Sequence record: AY264777.1
Strand: one strand, 5' to 3'
Origin: Escherichia phage T7
Length of the DNA: 39,096 nucleotides
In this document: piece by piece, positions 38,937 to 39,096 of the stretch
Numbering within the stretch: the first letter of the stretch is position 1
Layout: each line of letters begins with the position of its first letter
Notes under the pieces: model-generated
Seen by the model: only the letters and a program-made list of their open reading frames with translations
Database searches by the model: none
Told to the model about the DNA's origin: nothing
Position numbers and translations under genes: made by a program

Positions 38937-39096
38937 TCTCACAGTGTACGGACCTAAAGTTCCCCCATAAGGGGTACCTAAAGCCCAGCCAATCACCTAA
39001 AGTCAACCTTCGGTTGATCTTGAGGGTTCCCTAAGGGTTGGGGATGACCCTTGGGTTTGTCTTTGGGTGTTACCTTGAGTGTCTCTCTGTGTCCCA
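38937..39096. repeat. Right direct terminal repeat (160 bp)
   Basis: 38960..39079 identical to 1..120; begins tctcacagtgtacggacctaaag. Confidence 0.9.

Overview
This window is an almost complete bacteriophage T7-type genome, colinear with the classical T7 map; all comparisons to wild type below are from my memory of the T7 reference, not from an alignment I could run. It runs from about 23 bp inside the left terminal repeat to the last base of the right terminal repeat. Every canonical gene from 0.3 to 19.5 is on the + strand with T7-like length, with three sigma70 early promoters (A1-A3), 17 T7 RNA polymerase promoters, and the TE and Tphi terminators. It is not wild type. (i) Gene 0.7 (protein kinase/host shutoff) is reduced to an 86-codon in-frame remnant, consistent with an 819-bp deletion. 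(ii) Gene 0.4 ends at a premature TGA after 27 codons. (iii) Wherever I can recall the reference confidently (consensus promoters, gene 10 leader and coding region, Tphi, ocr), the differences are G:C->A:T transitions on both strands, at very roughly 1 per 100 bp. That pattern points to chemical mutagenesis or cytosine deamination rather than natural divergence. (iv) Several changes hit regulatory elements: two C->T changes at -9 and -5 of the phi10 capsid promoter, G->A changes in the initially transcribed bases of phi9, phi2.5 and phi3.8, a change in the Tphi stem, and one in the gene 11 ribosome-binding site. I found no novel cargo, defence or anti-defence system, CRISPR array, tRNA or mobile element; the interest is in the mutational pattern and what has been tolerated.
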